Below the pieces are notes generated by a model, which did no database searches, was not told the DNA's origin, and worked only from the letters and a program-made list of their open reading frames with translations. Position numbers and translations under genes: made by a program. Positions 9,406 to 19,980 of a DNA stretch of 64,000 nt are shown here, one piece after another. This DNA is from Promethearchaeota archaeon (GTDB lineage Archaea > Asgardarchaeota > Hermodarchaeia > Hermodarchaeales > Hermodarchaeaceae): contig JBHLMG010000006.1 in assembly GCA_048938385.1 (NCBI GenBank), positions 32,001-96,000 on the forward strand, given 5' to 3'. The number at the start of each line of letters is the position of its first letter. Position 1 is the first letter of the stretch.

Positions 9406-10629
9406 TTACCAATGATTTGTTAATGTTTCGAGAAAGCTTTGTAAGCGTCCCTCTAGCCGAGCTTTATCGGAGAACTCAGGGTCCAAAGGGAGACGGATAG
9501 CAGGAATTTTTGTCTTCTCAGCGAGTTTTAGGAGTTCGGGAATTTCGAATTGATCCGGATCACAGAAGGATTGTTCACAAATTATGAGCCCATCTATTCT
9601 AAAGAGTGATAAGGCGTTTTGAGCAAACTGGAGCCGAGTTGAGAGGCCTTCCTGCGTGGGTTCGCTCGGAGCAGAAAGAATGCTTTCGGCTAGTTCTTGA
9701 TAGGGATCACCTGATAGATTAGGTGTCTTAGCAAAGAGTGTACGAAAGGTGAAGGACAGCAAGTCAAACACGATTTCCGCACTTTCAATGTCAGCCCCAA
9801 TTCTCGCGTTTTCAAAGAGTAGAGCTAGCCCTTCAGGATCAACCATCCCTCCCACCACCATAATTCGGGGCCCCATCCGTTCAGGGTGAAGTGTAAGCTC
9901 TGTAAATTGTTTTGTGAGGAGACCGTAGCGGAGGGCTTCGGTAGTTGGGAGGAGTTGTTTGGCTCGTAGGGCTGTTTGAACTTCCGTGGCAGCCTGTTCG
10001 ATGTGGTGGAGAGAGTGAGGACTAGGAGCTGTAAGGAATTGCCGAATAAGACGGGCATAGTCGAGGTAAGGAAAGGCATCCGGTAGGAGTAATCGTGCTG
10101 CAGAAATAAATTGTCCTGCGGCTCGAAATTCAGCAATGAGGGCTACCGCCTCTCGGTATTTATCTAATGAGAATTTCTTTCCAAGCAATGCTTGGAGATG
10201 GTAGCTGAGATTTTGAAGTTCTTGGGCAAGGAAGGTGGCAGCTGTTTGGTCTCGAGCTACTGGATAGGTTATTCTCAACACCATATCTTCAGGAAATCGA
10301 GCTCTCCAGATATCTCCAAGATTTTGTAAGGAATCACAGGTTCCGCCTGGAAACGCAATAGCAGCAAGATGTGGAAAGCGTTCCTTCGCTCGTTGGCTAA
10401 AAAGGTTACGAGAATAAGCACAACAAAAGGTTTGCAGGCTCGCTTCATAGGCACCGGTGACTTCGGGATCTGCCCATAAAAGGATTGGAATCAGTTCGTG
10501 GGCGAAGAATAACTCAAGGGGGGCATGCGGGTAAATATATCCTACAAGTGATCGGTTGTTGTTAACTAGGGAATGAAGGAGTTGAAGCCGGCTTGAAACG
10601 AGTTGATCGAAGCTAAGCGTAGTGCTCAT
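9406..10629 (-). CDS. 2-hydroxyacyl-CoA dehydratase (HGD-D family) second subunit
   Basis: LQTFCCAY, TCDSLQNL, FCDPDQFE, RLQSFLE motifs. Confidence 0.85.
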   Translation of the reverse strand: MSTTLSFDQLVSSRLQLLHSLVNNNRSLVGYIYPHAPLELFFAHELIPILLWADPEVTGAYEASLQTFCCAYSRNLFSQRAKERFPHLAAIAFPGGTCDSLQNLGDIWRARFPEDMVLRITYPVARDQTAATFLAQELQNLSYHLQALLGKKFSLDKYREAVALIAEFRAAGQFISAARLLLPDAFPYLDYARLIRQFLTAPSPHSLHHIEQAATEVQTALRAKQLLPTTEALRYGLLTKQFTELTLHPERMGPRIMVVGGMVDPEGLALLFENARIGADIESAEIVFDLLSFTFRTLFAKTPNLSGDPYQELAESILSAPSEPTQEGLSTRLQFAQNALSLFRIDGLIICEQSFCDPDQFEIPELLKLAEKTKIPAIRLPLDPEFSDKARLEGRLQSFLETLTNHW

Positions 10630-10705
10630 GAGAACGCACCAAAACTTTGATTAATCTGCAGGCTTGTGCCTTAAGTCTTCGTACTCGCCTATGAATGAAG
10701 ACCCA

Positions 10706-13693
10706 CTAAAGGTTGCGGAGAATACGATTTACTTCAACCTTTCCCGCTCGTCGGGCGGGAAGATACGCACCGGTAACCAATCCGAGGACAACAAGCCCGA
10801 GGACTGCGGCAAGAAGGCTTATGGGGTATATCGTAATTGAAGGAAGTATGTAAGGTTGCGGAAAGAGCTGTAGGATAGTTGGTAGAAGTATCTGCGAGAA
10901 GACAGAGCCCATTATTAAACTGAAGAGGAAAGCCGCCATGATAAGACCGACGAACTCACCTAATACAATGGCAGTCACTTGACTACGAGTACCTCCGAGT
11001 GCTCGCATGATGGCATATTCAATTTTCCGTTCTTGGACAATAGTGTTAACAAAAACCGTAAGTGCGACAACGCTTATTGCTAGTGATGCTAGGAACCCCA
11101 CGGAGAGAAGGCTAACGATTCCTTGATAGAAGATATATCCATCAGCGTATTCAGTCTTCAAGTCAAAGGTTATTGGCGACCAGACCCGCTGTGCAAAATC
11201 AACAGATTGGACTGCAGTGAGTGCATTTAAGACCGAGGTACCCTCACGCGGTTTTGCTAAGAATAGTTGTGTTCGATCATATTGATAGGGGGAAGGCTCT
11301 CTGGCAGGTAGTTCGACTAACATGAGATGTTCGTGGCAGAAAGCGAAGGGTTGACCTTTTTGAAAACCAAATCCTGGTCTTGCACTAACGGAAGCAGCTG
11401 GATCAGAAGGATTGCTGTAACCAAATCCTGGCGCCGTTCGACAAAGACCTACAATATTTAGAGTTTTGAATTCGTGCTTTTGTAATAGTTGATCCCAAGC
11501 CCGTATTCTGACCGTGTCCCCTACAGTTTTTCCTAAGAGTTCAGCAAGATGAGCGGGAAAGATAGTGCCATTTACATCGTTCGCTAAGCGGTTTAGTACA
11601 ACTTGCCAGTTATCTCCAATCATACTACTACTATCCCAGTTACCTGCAATGGCATAAGCAGCGGGATCAATACCAAGTAAACGAAATTCATAATCCGTAT
11701 TATAAACATCTGCTCGAAGCTCAATGAATCCTGTAGCCGTTTCAATTTGGGGCAGAGTAATAATATCATCAATTCGGGAAACAGGGACGGCTCCACTGTA
11801 GATTCGGATATCGCCCCCGATGTAATATTCTATTTGGCGGTTCACATGACCTTGGTAAGTTTGAGCTTGGACCGCTGAGAAGATAGTTACTGAAAAGGTT
11901 AAGAGCAGAATGATAAGGAGTGGAACAATCCGTGTCCGTCGAACACGAACGCTCGTTGCGAACAGGTGGCTTTTTTGCCCAAAGACTGGATGAAATATTT
12001 TTGAAAATCCAGCTATTCCGGGCTTGATGATTCGTGCTATTGCATCCGAGAGAAGCACCCAAAACCCGATAGCAAGGATGAAGGCGAATAATGCGATATC
12101 TGTGGAGAGGGGAAGAGAAACTAATACGGTAAGAAGTGGCCAGAATATCAAGACGACGACGATTATGTATAAAACCTCAATCCAAGGAGATACCTTCCAT
12201 CGACTGCCGTTCCCTCTGATAGCTGCATAAAGTTCGGTTTGGAGAAATGAGCGGGTAACGAATAGCGTATATATACCAGCTGGGAGGATTGCTGCTAATC
12301 CCGCTATTACCCAAGCTAAGGGCTCAAGTTTAGCTAAACTCAGGTAGTGCAAAAAGATAGTCGTATCGAAAATGAGAAACGAGGACGCAGAAGGAAGTAG
12401 ACAGCCAATCAAGAGCCCAAGAAACCCCCCTAGAACGAGTCCTGAAATCGATAAGACTACGAATTCAAACAGGAGAGTTGCATAAAGCTGTCGGTAGCTA
12501 GCACCGCGAGAACGCAGAATCGCTATTTCAGGCCGTCGCCCTGAGATGAATAGCGTGGTGGTAAAGGTCGTTGAAAGAAAAGAGAGGATTACCATGGGTA
12601 ATACTAGCACTCCCATGGTTCGCCGTTCATGATAAGAATTGATGTAATCGGTCAAACGCATAAGAGTATCACGACCGCCCAAAAAGATATCAAAGGCCTC
12701 TTCTACCCGGGTAAATACGCGGTCAAGTAAGAGGACTGTTTGGTCGATTCCCACAGCGTAGAAGGGTATGGGATCGACTTTTACGAGTAATCTTGGGTAC
12801 ATTACCCATTGGCTAATGAGAATCAAGTCATTAGGCTGTAATTCAGAAGCTGACATAATCATGCTGTCAGTCCAGCCAAAGATGACCTCCTGGCCACCAA
12901 CAGGTCCCCAGTTTACACGGCTTTGAGAAGGAAAGGCTTCAATGAGGGGATCCAGAGTAAGGATCACCTCGTAAATTCCTGCGACTCGTAATCCGTTAAG
13001 ATATGTTGGATTAATCTCACCAATTTGATCAGCGTAATGATAATTGCGGGCAATAGCAACATCAATGATGCTGCCAACTCCAACTTGTAATCCCATGACG
13101 GCTTCGAGATCCTCCACAACTCGTCGACTCAGAAGGATATTTCCAGGCGCTAAACGAAATACACCTTCAAGAATTGTAAAGCTTCGTTCAATACGAGCTA
13201 GAAACTCATTATCCGTGAGAAATGTTTGACAATCTTTTATCCCGCGCCCATAAGGCCAAGGCAGATAGTAATCATTAGGTCGTAGGTCCCCTATTTCAAA
13301 GAGCGCAATTGAACTATGCACGATGAAGGTTTCCTTTGTCGTATCCAATCGGTTAACATAATCCCGTACTGGATAAATTGCATTGGGATCATCGTTAGGG
13401 AAATGGGGGTTTTGGATGCAATAGTAGTGAAATGGTGTGTTGGAGAAATAGTCGTCAATAGCGACACGGCCACCAGTGTCGGTCCACACAAAAATTGAGG
13501 TAACTAAGGTTGCACCAATCATGATTCCAATCAGGAGGCTGATGGATCTGCGTTTGTTCCGACGAATGGCATGAAAAACATAGCCAGCCACATAGAGCGC
13601 ACGACTAACTACTCCTTTTTCCGCAGCACTCTGTGAAGTGGGGACGGGGGGTTCTTCGAATTCATCAAAATTCTCCGTCGGTTCTGAAGCCAA
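10706..13693 (-). CDS. large FtsX/MacB-like ABC permease (two FtsX modules)
   Basis: RRPEIAILRSRGAS and ERKIEYAIMRALGG FtsX motifs; large extracytoplasmic loops; C-terminal PARRAG...ILRNL. TTG start. Confidence 0.88.
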   Translation of the reverse strand: MASEPTENFDEFEEPPVPTSQSAAEKGVVSRALYVAGYVFHAIRRNKRRSISLLIGIMIGATLVTSIFVWTDTGGRVAIDDYFSNTPFHYYCIQNPHFPNDDPNAIYPVRDYVNRLDTTKETFIVHSSIALFEIGDLRPNDYYLPWPYGRGIKDCQTFLTDNEFLARIERSFTILEGVFRLAPGNILLSRRVVEDLEAVMGLQVGVGSIIDVAIARNYHYADQIGEINPTYLNGLRVAGIYEVILTLDPLIEAFPSQSRVNWGPVGGQEVIFGWTDSMIMSASELQPNDLILISQWVMYPRLLVKVDPIPFYAVGIDQTVLLLDRVFTRVEEAFDIFLGGRDTLMRLTDYINSYHERRTMGVLVLPMVILSFLSTTFTTTLFISGRRPEIAILRSRGASYRQLYATLLFEFVVLSISGLVLGGFLGLLIGCLLPSASSFLIFDTTIFLHYLSLAKLEPLAWVIAGLAAILPAGIYTLFVTRSFLQTELYAAIRGNGSRWKVSPWIEVLYIIVVVLIFWPLLTVLVSLPLSTDIALFAFILAIGFWVLLSDAIARIIKPGIAGFSKIFHPVFGQKSHLFATSVRVRRTRIVPLLIILLLTFSVTIFSAVQAQTYQGHVNRQIEYYIGGDIRIYSGAVPVSRIDDIITLPQIETATGFIELRADVYNTDYEFRLLGIDPAAYAIAGNWDSSSMIGDNWQVVLNRLANDVNGTIFPAHLAELLGKTVGDTVRIRAWDQLLQKHEFKTLNIVGLCRTAPGFGYSNPSDPAASVSARPGFGFQKGQPFAFCHEHLMLVELPAREPSPYQYDRTQLFLAKPREGTSVLNALTAVQSVDFAQRVWSPITFDLKTEYADGYIFYQGIVSLLSVGFLASLAISVVALTVFVNTIVQERKIEYAIMRALGGTRSQVTAIVLGEFVGLIMAAFLFSLIMGSVFSQILLPTILQLFPQPYILPSITIYPISLLAAVLGLVVLGLVTGAYLPARRAGKVEVNRILRNL

Positions 13694-13821
13694 TTTCTAC
13701 GCCTTGCCGTCGATTTTAATTATTGAGCCGCTAGCTGATTGGTTGCGTAACTCATTTTTGAAGCGGATGGAACGGGGTAATGACCGCGTGAGAGAATTGT
13801 GAGCCCAAAAAACTTTTGGAA

Positions 13822-13840
13822 GGGACAATAATATTATCCC
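13822..13840. promoter_or_regulatory. imperfect palindrome, possible operator
   Basis: GGGACAATAATATTATCCC between divergent ABC genes. Confidence 0.3.
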
Positions 13841-13914
13841 ACACAAGCTTTTGACCTCAATGAAAAGGCATATTGCCTACTAGATATGAGCAGGAACAGA
13901 AACGGGGGTTTGCC

Positions 13915-14856
13915 TTGACAACAGCTATCAGCATCTCAGAGTTGTCCAAGTTCTTTGGAAAAACCAAAGCCGTCAATGGAATATCTTTAGATGTTATGCG
14001 TGGTGAGGTATTTGGTTTCCTTGGACCAAACGCTGCAGGAAAATCCACAACAGTAAAAGTTGCGGCCACTTTACTCAGTCCGACTAAGGGCACCATCGAG
14101 GTTGACGGTCACGATGTCCGAACCGAGTCGGTGGATGTCAGAGCAAATATTGGTTTACTTCCGGAGGACGGAGCAACAACTCATTATGACCGCCTATCTG
14201 CATATCAGAATCTTGAGTATTTTGGACGTCTTTATGATGTACCGGAAGAAAAACTACAGGACCGAATTCCACAGCTTTTAGAATTCCTTGAACTCTCAGA
14301 CCGAACAAATGACTCGCCCGCTACTTTCTCAACTGGCCTCAAACAGAAATTGTCCTTAGCGCGCTCTATGATTCATGACCCAAGTGTCGTCTTCTTGGAC
14401 GAACCTACTTCGAATCTAGATCCTATTATGTCGCACAAGATCCGGGAGTTCATTGACCAACAAGCAGGCTTGAGAAAACAAACATTCTTTCTTTGTACGC
14501 ATCTTCTCTCAGAGGTCGAAAAGCTTTGCGACCGGGTTGGCTTTATTTCAAAGGGCATTTTGGTTGAAGTTGGACGGCCAACGGAATTACGTCGTAAGTT
14601 TTGGAAGGTTCGAACCTACGAACTTCACCTCAGCGAGGTAGACCCCTCAAAAGCTCAAGCAATTATTCAGTCCACAGGATTAACTGCAGATATACGAACA
14701 GAGGAGAAAGTAGTGATTTTCGATATAGAAAAAGCAGAGCAGAGGAACCCCCAAATCTTGAAGGCCTTGATTGAATCGAAGATTAAGGTAGTCGAATTAC
14801 GCGAGCGTGTTCCAGACCTAGAAGCTGTCTATTATAAGGTAATTGGAGGAGCGTAG
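13915..14856 (+). CDS. ABC-2 type exporter ATP-binding protein
   Basis: Walker A GPNAAGKST, signature FSTGLKQ, Walker B FLDEPT, H-loop TH. TTG start after GGGGG. Confidence 0.92.
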   Translation: MTTAISISELSKFFGKTKAVNGISLDVMRGEVFGFLGPNAAGKSTTVKVAATLLSPTKGTIEVDGHDVRTESVDVRANIGLLPEDGATTHYDRLSAYQNLEYFGRLYDVPEEKLQDRIPQLLEFLELSDRTNDSPATFSTGLKQKLSLARSMIHDPSVVFLDEPTSNLDPIMSHKIREFIDQQAGLRKQTFFLCTHLLSEVEKLCDRVGFISKGILVEVGRPTELRRKFWKVRTYELHLSEVDPSKAQAIIQSTGLTADIRTEEKVVIFDIEKAEQRNPQILKALIESKIKVVELRERVPDLEAVYYKVIGGA

Positions 14857-14857
14857 T

Positions 14858-15598
14858 ATGTGGAAAAAGCCTTGGTTAATTGCACGAACTGAAATTCCCA
14901 TGGTGTTCAAAAGCCGATATGTGCGTATGATTCCTGTCATCTTGGTATTGATGTCTGTTGGTTTTGGTGGTGTGATGACCTTCCTTGTCTTGAGTTGGGG
15001 AATGACGGATCCAGTGGTTTTCAGCTTAATAATGGCAAGTGGAATGGGAATGGTCATCGTTATGTTACCAGTAATGTTGCCCGTGATGATAGCGGCGGAC
15101 TCCATTGTGGGCGAAAAGGAACGACATACCTTGGTGCCCCTGTTGAGTACACCTTTAACTGATGGAGAATTGCTTCGTGGCAAGATACTCACAGCCCTGA
15201 TTCCCGGTCTGCTAGTCGCCTATGGTAACCTAGTTTTAGCAGTTGCCATTGTTAACGGAATTGTCTTCTTTATGGCTCCACACCTGTTATGGGTGTGGCC
15301 GACATTCCTTCCCCTAGTCCAAGCGATAGTGATGCCTTTTCTCTTTTCGTTCCTTGCAGTAGCAATCATGGTCATTCTTTCTGGTCGAGCCAACACCGTT
15401 TATGATGCTTACCAAACTGGCGGGGTTCTCATTCTTCCTGCCATGATTTTCGGCTACTCGTCGTTTCTAGAGGGAACTGGGTTTGATTGGACAATCTTCG
15501 TCATTGGTTCAATCATAATGCTCATTTTAAACCTGATATTGTATCGTGTCGCCATTCGTCTGTTCAGTCGAGATGAACTAATTACCCGAACCGGGTAG
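14858..15598 (+). CDS. ABC-2 type permease
   Basis: SIVGEKERHTLVPLLSTPLT...GKI motif; about 6 TM segments; GGAGG RBS. Confidence 0.9.
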   Translation: MWKKPWLIARTEIPMVFKSRYVRMIPVILVLMSVGFGGVMTFLVLSWGMTDPVVFSLIMASGMGMVIVMLPVMLPVMIAADSIVGEKERHTLVPLLSTPLTDGELLRGKILTALIPGLLVAYGNLVLAVAIVNGIVFFMAPHLLWVWPTFLPLVQAIVMPFLFSFLAVAIMVILSGRANTVYDAYQTGGVLILPAMIFGYSSFLEGTGFDWTIFVIGSIIMLILNLILYRVAIRLFSRDELITRTG

Positions 15599-15638
15599 CA
15601 GAAAATAGAATCTATCGAATTACGGAGGATTTCACAAA

Positions 15639-15941
15639 ATGACCAAAATCTATCGAATAATTGCACGGGTTCATGAACTGCGTCAACAACCTGGTAAGAG
15701 TCCTTGTCGGCTTTACAAAGTTGGTGAAGAGTTTGATCTCTCCAAGCTGGATGAAAGGGCCAAGATCTGTCGCTGGGCGTTTAATTCCCTCTTCCCCTTT
15801 CTCACAGTCTTAGAGTTTGGAGGAGCCTTACCTTGGGAGCCTGATCCTGACCGCGCATATGTAGCCTGTCCAGATCCCCATAACATCGTGGTATTTGAAC
15901 TCCGTCGAGTTGGTGAACTAGAAGACCGCGCGCCCACCTAA
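15639..15941 (+). CDS. TIGR04076-like small Cys-containing protein
   Basis: C..YKVGEEF, IC.WAF.SLFP, ACPDP..VVFEL pattern. Confidence 0.75.
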   Translation: MTKIYRIIARVHELRQQPGKSPCRLYKVGEEFDLSKLDERAKICRWAFNSLFPFLTVLEFGGALPWEPDPDRAYVACPDPHNIVVFELRRVGELEDRAPT

Positions 15942-16039
15942 CTTATCAAATGTTTACTGATCAGGGGTGTTTCAGGCGCTTTTCCACTAGGCTGTACAAG
16001 TAGCCAGAAGTAATTTCGACCAGAGAATTTGGATCGGAG

Positions 16040-17053
16040 CTAGAGGGCTGTTCCACAATTCGGACAGGTAACGCGATTAGAAGCCACTAATTTACCGCAG
16101 ATTCTACAGGTAACAAGGCGGACTTGTACTGCCACTGCATCTTCGATGGCGGATGGAGTGAGGAGTATTCGTCCTTCATTGACCTCGATTTGGAATCGTC
16201 GGGGATGTCCAAGTTCGCGTAAAATGTTTTCAGGGAGAGGAAGGCGATCTTGGTTATCTAATTCGAGGACCCGAGTGCGTTCAAGCGATTTGAGGTGGAC
16301 ACCTGCGTCATGAGTACCACTGATAATTCCATCTCGGAGTTCAAGGGTACGCCGGGCTTTGGAGGCTATGAGTTGGCTATGGGTAACGATGAGGAAAGCG
16401 GTTCCAAAGTCTTTATTGAGGTCCTTGAATAGGTCAAGGATTTCCTCCGCATTAATTAGGTCTAAATCACCGGTGGGTTCGTCTGCGAGTACCAACGCAG
16501 GATTGTTCATGAGCGCCGAGGCAATTGCTACGCGTTGGCGTTCGCCACCGGATAGCTTTCCAGGAATGTGATCCATTCGGTTTCCTAGGCCTACTGCCTT
16601 TAGAAGTTCTTCGGATCGATCTCGTCGCCAAGCTTTTGAAAACCCAGCAATACGTGCACTAAGCTCCACATTTTGTCTGGCTGTCATATGATGCAGGAGG
16701 TTATCGACTTGAAAGACGAACCCGATAAACCCTCGTCGTGCAGCAGTAATTGTTAGATCATCGAGTTTCGAGATGTCCTGTTTGATATTAGACCAATAGA
16801 CTTGACCAGCACTAGGGCGAAGGGTGCCACCAAGAATGTTTACTAGGGTGGTTTTTCCACTTCCCGAGGGACCGACTATTGCGACGATTTCGCCTTGGAA
16901 GATTTGAAAGGAAACACCCCGAAGAGCAACAGTTTCAATTTCCCCAGTTTGGTATATCTTGTAACAATCGTTTGCCATTAAGACTAGGTCTTCAGGTACT
17001 TCGGCGAATTCTTCTTCTTTGACCAAACCTGTGATAAGTTCTTGTGATGTCAT
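16040..17053 (-). CDS. LolD/MacB-type ABC ATPase with C-terminal AbrB-like domain and zinc ribbon
   Basis: GPSGSGKTT, LSGGERQR, LADEPTGDLD; tail LDNQDRLPLP...GRILLTP and CxxC-x10-CPNC. Start reset to ATG 17053. Confidence 0.88.
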   Translation of the reverse strand: MTSQELITGLVKEEEFAEVPEDLVLMANDCYKIYQTGEIETVALRGVSFQIFQGEIVAIVGPSGSGKTTLVNILGGTLRPSAGQVYWSNIKQDISKLDDLTITAARRGFIGFVFQVDNLLHHMTARQNVELSARIAGFSKAWRRDRSEELLKAVGLGNRMDHIPGKLSGGERQRVAIASALMNNPALVLADEPTGDLDLINAEEILDLFKDLNKDFGTAFLIVTHSQLIASKARRTLELRDGIISGTHDAGVHLKSLERTRVLELDNQDRLPLPENILRELGHPRRFQIEVNEGRILLTPSAIEDAVAVQVRLVTCRICGKLVASNRVTCPNCGTAL

Positions 17054-17067
17054 TTTTTTTCTCCTTT

Positions 17068-19980
17068 TTAGAGGTTGCGGAGGACCCGCCCAACATTCGT
17101 GCGTCCTGCACGACGTGCAGGGATGTAAGTTCCAATGCTCATTCCGACTAAGACAATAGCGAGTACGAAGATGAGTAACAAGAATGGGATGCCCAACTGA
17201 AAGGGTACAACGAAGGGAAAGGGAAAGAGGCTTAACAGGACATTCATCAACAGCCAAGAGAAGATGAAACCAAGAAACATGGCAACGAGGAAGGAGACCA
17301 GGATGAGCCCAATGAATTCTCCGACAACAATGCTGATAATCTGGCGTCGAGTGCTGCCCACCGCTCGCATAATAGCATATTCTGTCTGTCGTTCTGTTAC
17401 GATCACGCCTACAAAGAGTGTGAGCGCAATTATACTAATGACCAGGCAGGCCAAGAAGCCAATTGAAAGAATGCTTATCACTCCACGGTTGAAGAGGTAT
17501 CCATCGGGATAGGCCTCTTCAAGCGAAAAGGTTGAAGGCGAATGAACCTTTGTGGGGAATCCCAGAGCTAGAACATTAGTTTGAACTTCTTCTATAGTTG
17601 CATGGTCATTAATACTGGCAAGAATCAATTGCATGTTAGTCATATTCAGACCAGTTAAATAACTCAAGTTGACGAGGGCATATGGTTGTGATTCTTGGAA
17701 CTGAAAGCCATTAGTGGTATCTATTGGTCGGGAGGGATCCTCTGGATCAAAATACCCTAGCCCAGGTGTACTAAAGCCTAAACCCACAATTCTGAAGGGG
17801 AATTCTTCGGCGATTCCACCACCTTGTTCATAGACAATCACAGGGAGGCCTTCACCGACACCTCTACCCAATCGTTCAGCAAGTGTGTGTGGAAAGATAA
17901 TCCCTGTGGGATCGTTTTGCAAGTTTTGAAGTACTGTGTAAGGATCGGCTCCTATTATGCTACTGGGATCCCATTTCCCTATTTCAATAAGAGCATCAAC
18001 ATCGATTCCATAAATTGCAAAGGAGATGGTTCCAATTAATCCCCAGGTCCGAATTAGTGGAGTAGCTTTTTCGATGCCGGGAATTGCGAGGACTTCAGCG
18101 ATACGGTTGCTGGGAACAATGTCGCTTTGGATTCGAAGGTCTGCTCCAATGAAGTATTCGATTTGACGATTAGCATTTATTTGTACAGTTTGAGCTTCAA
18201 CCACGGCGAAGATGGTAACTGAGAAAGTGAGAGTGAGAATCAGGAGGAGAGGTACGATACGCTCTCGTCGTGTTCGCATGCTTTTCTCAAAGATAAACGC
18301 TCTTTCTCCAAAGATCGGTCGAAAGCCCCGTGTAATTCCTGCTACACCACGGCGAACGATTCGGGATCCTGAGTCACTAAGTAGCGTCCAAATAACCACG
18401 GCATAGATGAACTGTAGGATGGCAACCATTGGAGTTGCGGGAATCCAGATAATTGCTACATAGAAGAATCCAAGTAATGCGAGACAGCCAATGAAATAGA
18501 GAATAGTGACGACGAGGTCTGATTCTCCTGGTGGATTGATACCTACCATTGCTCGATAGATTTCTGTCCGTAGGAAAGATCGGACATATATCATTGTAAA
18601 GACCAAGGGGGGAACTAAGCAAGAGATTGTTGCTATTATCCATGTGAGGGGTTCGAGTCTTACAACAGAGAAAAAGCGGTTGAATATTGTTAAATCAAAT
18701 TGAAGAAAGCCTATAGAGGCGGGAATGAGGGAACCCACAAAGAGGCTAATCACCATACCTAAACATAAAGCTACAATTCCAATGGTTATAAACTCAAGAA
18801 TGAAGGCCGCATAAAGCTGATAAAAACTAGCACCCCTTGCACGAAGAATAGCTACTTCAGCCCGGCGCCCACTGAGGAATATATTAGTTGCAAAAGTTGT
18901 GAGAAAGATGGAAAGGATGATTACTGGGGCGACGAGTACAGCCATGGTTTGACGCGAGCGATATGCCGCGATATATTCTTCAAGGAATAGAAGTTGGCGT
19001 TCACCAAACACGGATATGGCGTTCTGAAATTCAACTTCTGCTTGTTCTTTAAGGGCTCTAATGATTTGAGGAACGCGGTCTAACCCGTAGGTTAGGAGTT
19101 CTGCGGAATCTAGTCGAACTAAAAGTCGAGGGTAGACTGTATTGACCGTCAAGGTGTCGCGTGTGCCATCATCTATTTGGTTGTAATGGAAAATGATGCC
19201 ATCATTCCAACCAAAAACCTGCTCTAGCCCTGACCCCACATAGTTTGTTCGACCCATTCCATCAAAGGCACTGTATAACACCGTATCTTCAGGTGGGAGA
19301 GAATAAATCCCAATGACCTGGACTTGTGTGATATTGAATCGGTTTATATCACCGATATCGGATGGTTCACTTGTTTCTACATTGATTGAGGCAACTGCAA
19401 TATCGATTATGCTACCAATGGTTATGGTTTGATTGAGAACTGCTTCAGCATCTGCGACTGCTCGAGCGCTAATTAGACAAGTTCCAGGAGTTACTGCATA
19501 GGTACCAGTTATGTTTAATTTTGAGTGAAAAATTTCTAGGAAGCTATCTTGGACGAAGAATGTTTGGAGGTCCTTGATTCCGTTCGCATAAGGATATGGA
19601 TAATAGAGCGTGCTTTCACTTAATTCAGTTCCGTTAAGAATTCCAACTGAATGGTATACTACATGTGAGTCTTTGTATATTGATTGAGATCTGAACCAAT
19701 CTTGGACATCAAAAACTAATCGGGGCTGTCCAGAAACACGCTGGAAGACATTATATTGATAGATATTGCCTTCGAAATAGTCATCAATGGCAACTCGTGT
19801 TCCAGTGTCTGTCCAGACGAATACAGAGGATACGAGGGCAATCCCAATAACCATACCTAATAAAAGACTTAATGAACGGGCTTTGTGTTTGCGGATACTA
19901 TTCCCCACATAACTGGCAATATACCAGCGACTGCCGGTTAAATTCGATGCAGAAACGGGCGAGCCAGAGTTTCTGCTCAT
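17068..19980 (-). CDS. large FtsX/MacB-like ABC permease (paralog of 10706..13693)
   Basis: Same architecture as its paralog, with shared FVWTDTG.RVAIDDYF, GIKD.QTF and YPDGY motifs. Confidence 0.88.
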   Translation of the reverse strand: MSRNSGSPVSASNLTGSRWYIASYVGNSIRKHKARSLSLLLGMVIGIALVSSVFVWTDTGTRVAIDDYFEGNIYQYNVFQRVSGQPRLVFDVQDWFRSQSIYKDSHVVYHSVGILNGTELSESTLYYPYPYANGIKDLQTFFVQDSFLEIFHSKLNITGTYAVTPGTCLISARAVADAEAVLNQTITIGSIIDIAVASINVETSEPSDIGDINRFNITQVQVIGIYSLPPEDTVLYSAFDGMGRTNYVGSGLEQVFGWNDGIIFHYNQIDDGTRDTLTVNTVYPRLLVRLDSAELLTYGLDRVPQIIRALKEQAEVEFQNAISVFGERQLLFLEEYIAAYRSRQTMAVLVAPVIILSIFLTTFATNIFLSGRRAEVAILRARGASFYQLYAAFILEFITIGIVALCLGMVISLFVGSLIPASIGFLQFDLTIFNRFFSVVRLEPLTWIIATISCLVPPLVFTMIYVRSFLRTEIYRAMVGINPPGESDLVVTILYFIGCLALLGFFYVAIIWIPATPMVAILQFIYAVVIWTLLSDSGSRIVRRGVAGITRGFRPIFGERAFIFEKSMRTRRERIVPLLLILTLTFSVTIFAVVEAQTVQINANRQIEYFIGADLRIQSDIVPSNRIAEVLAIPGIEKATPLIRTWGLIGTISFAIYGIDVDALIEIGKWDPSSIIGADPYTVLQNLQNDPTGIIFPHTLAERLGRGVGEGLPVIVYEQGGGIAEEFPFRIVGLGFSTPGLGYFDPEDPSRPIDTTNGFQFQESQPYALVNLSYLTGLNMTNMQLILASINDHATIEEVQTNVLALGFPTKVHSPSTFSLEEAYPDGYLFNRGVISILSIGFLACLVISIIALTLFVGVIVTERQTEYAIMRAVGSTRRQIISIVVGEFIGLILVSFLVAMFLGFIFSWLLMNVLLSLFPFPFVVPFQLGIPFLLLIFVLAIVLVGMSIGTYIPARRAGRTNVGRVLRNL

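Noticed and set aside
17054-17257. Cys-rich N-terminal extension of the ABC ATPase ORF
   Set aside because: It is an alternative frame of the upstream permease 3' end; a GGAG RBS precedes ATG 17053.
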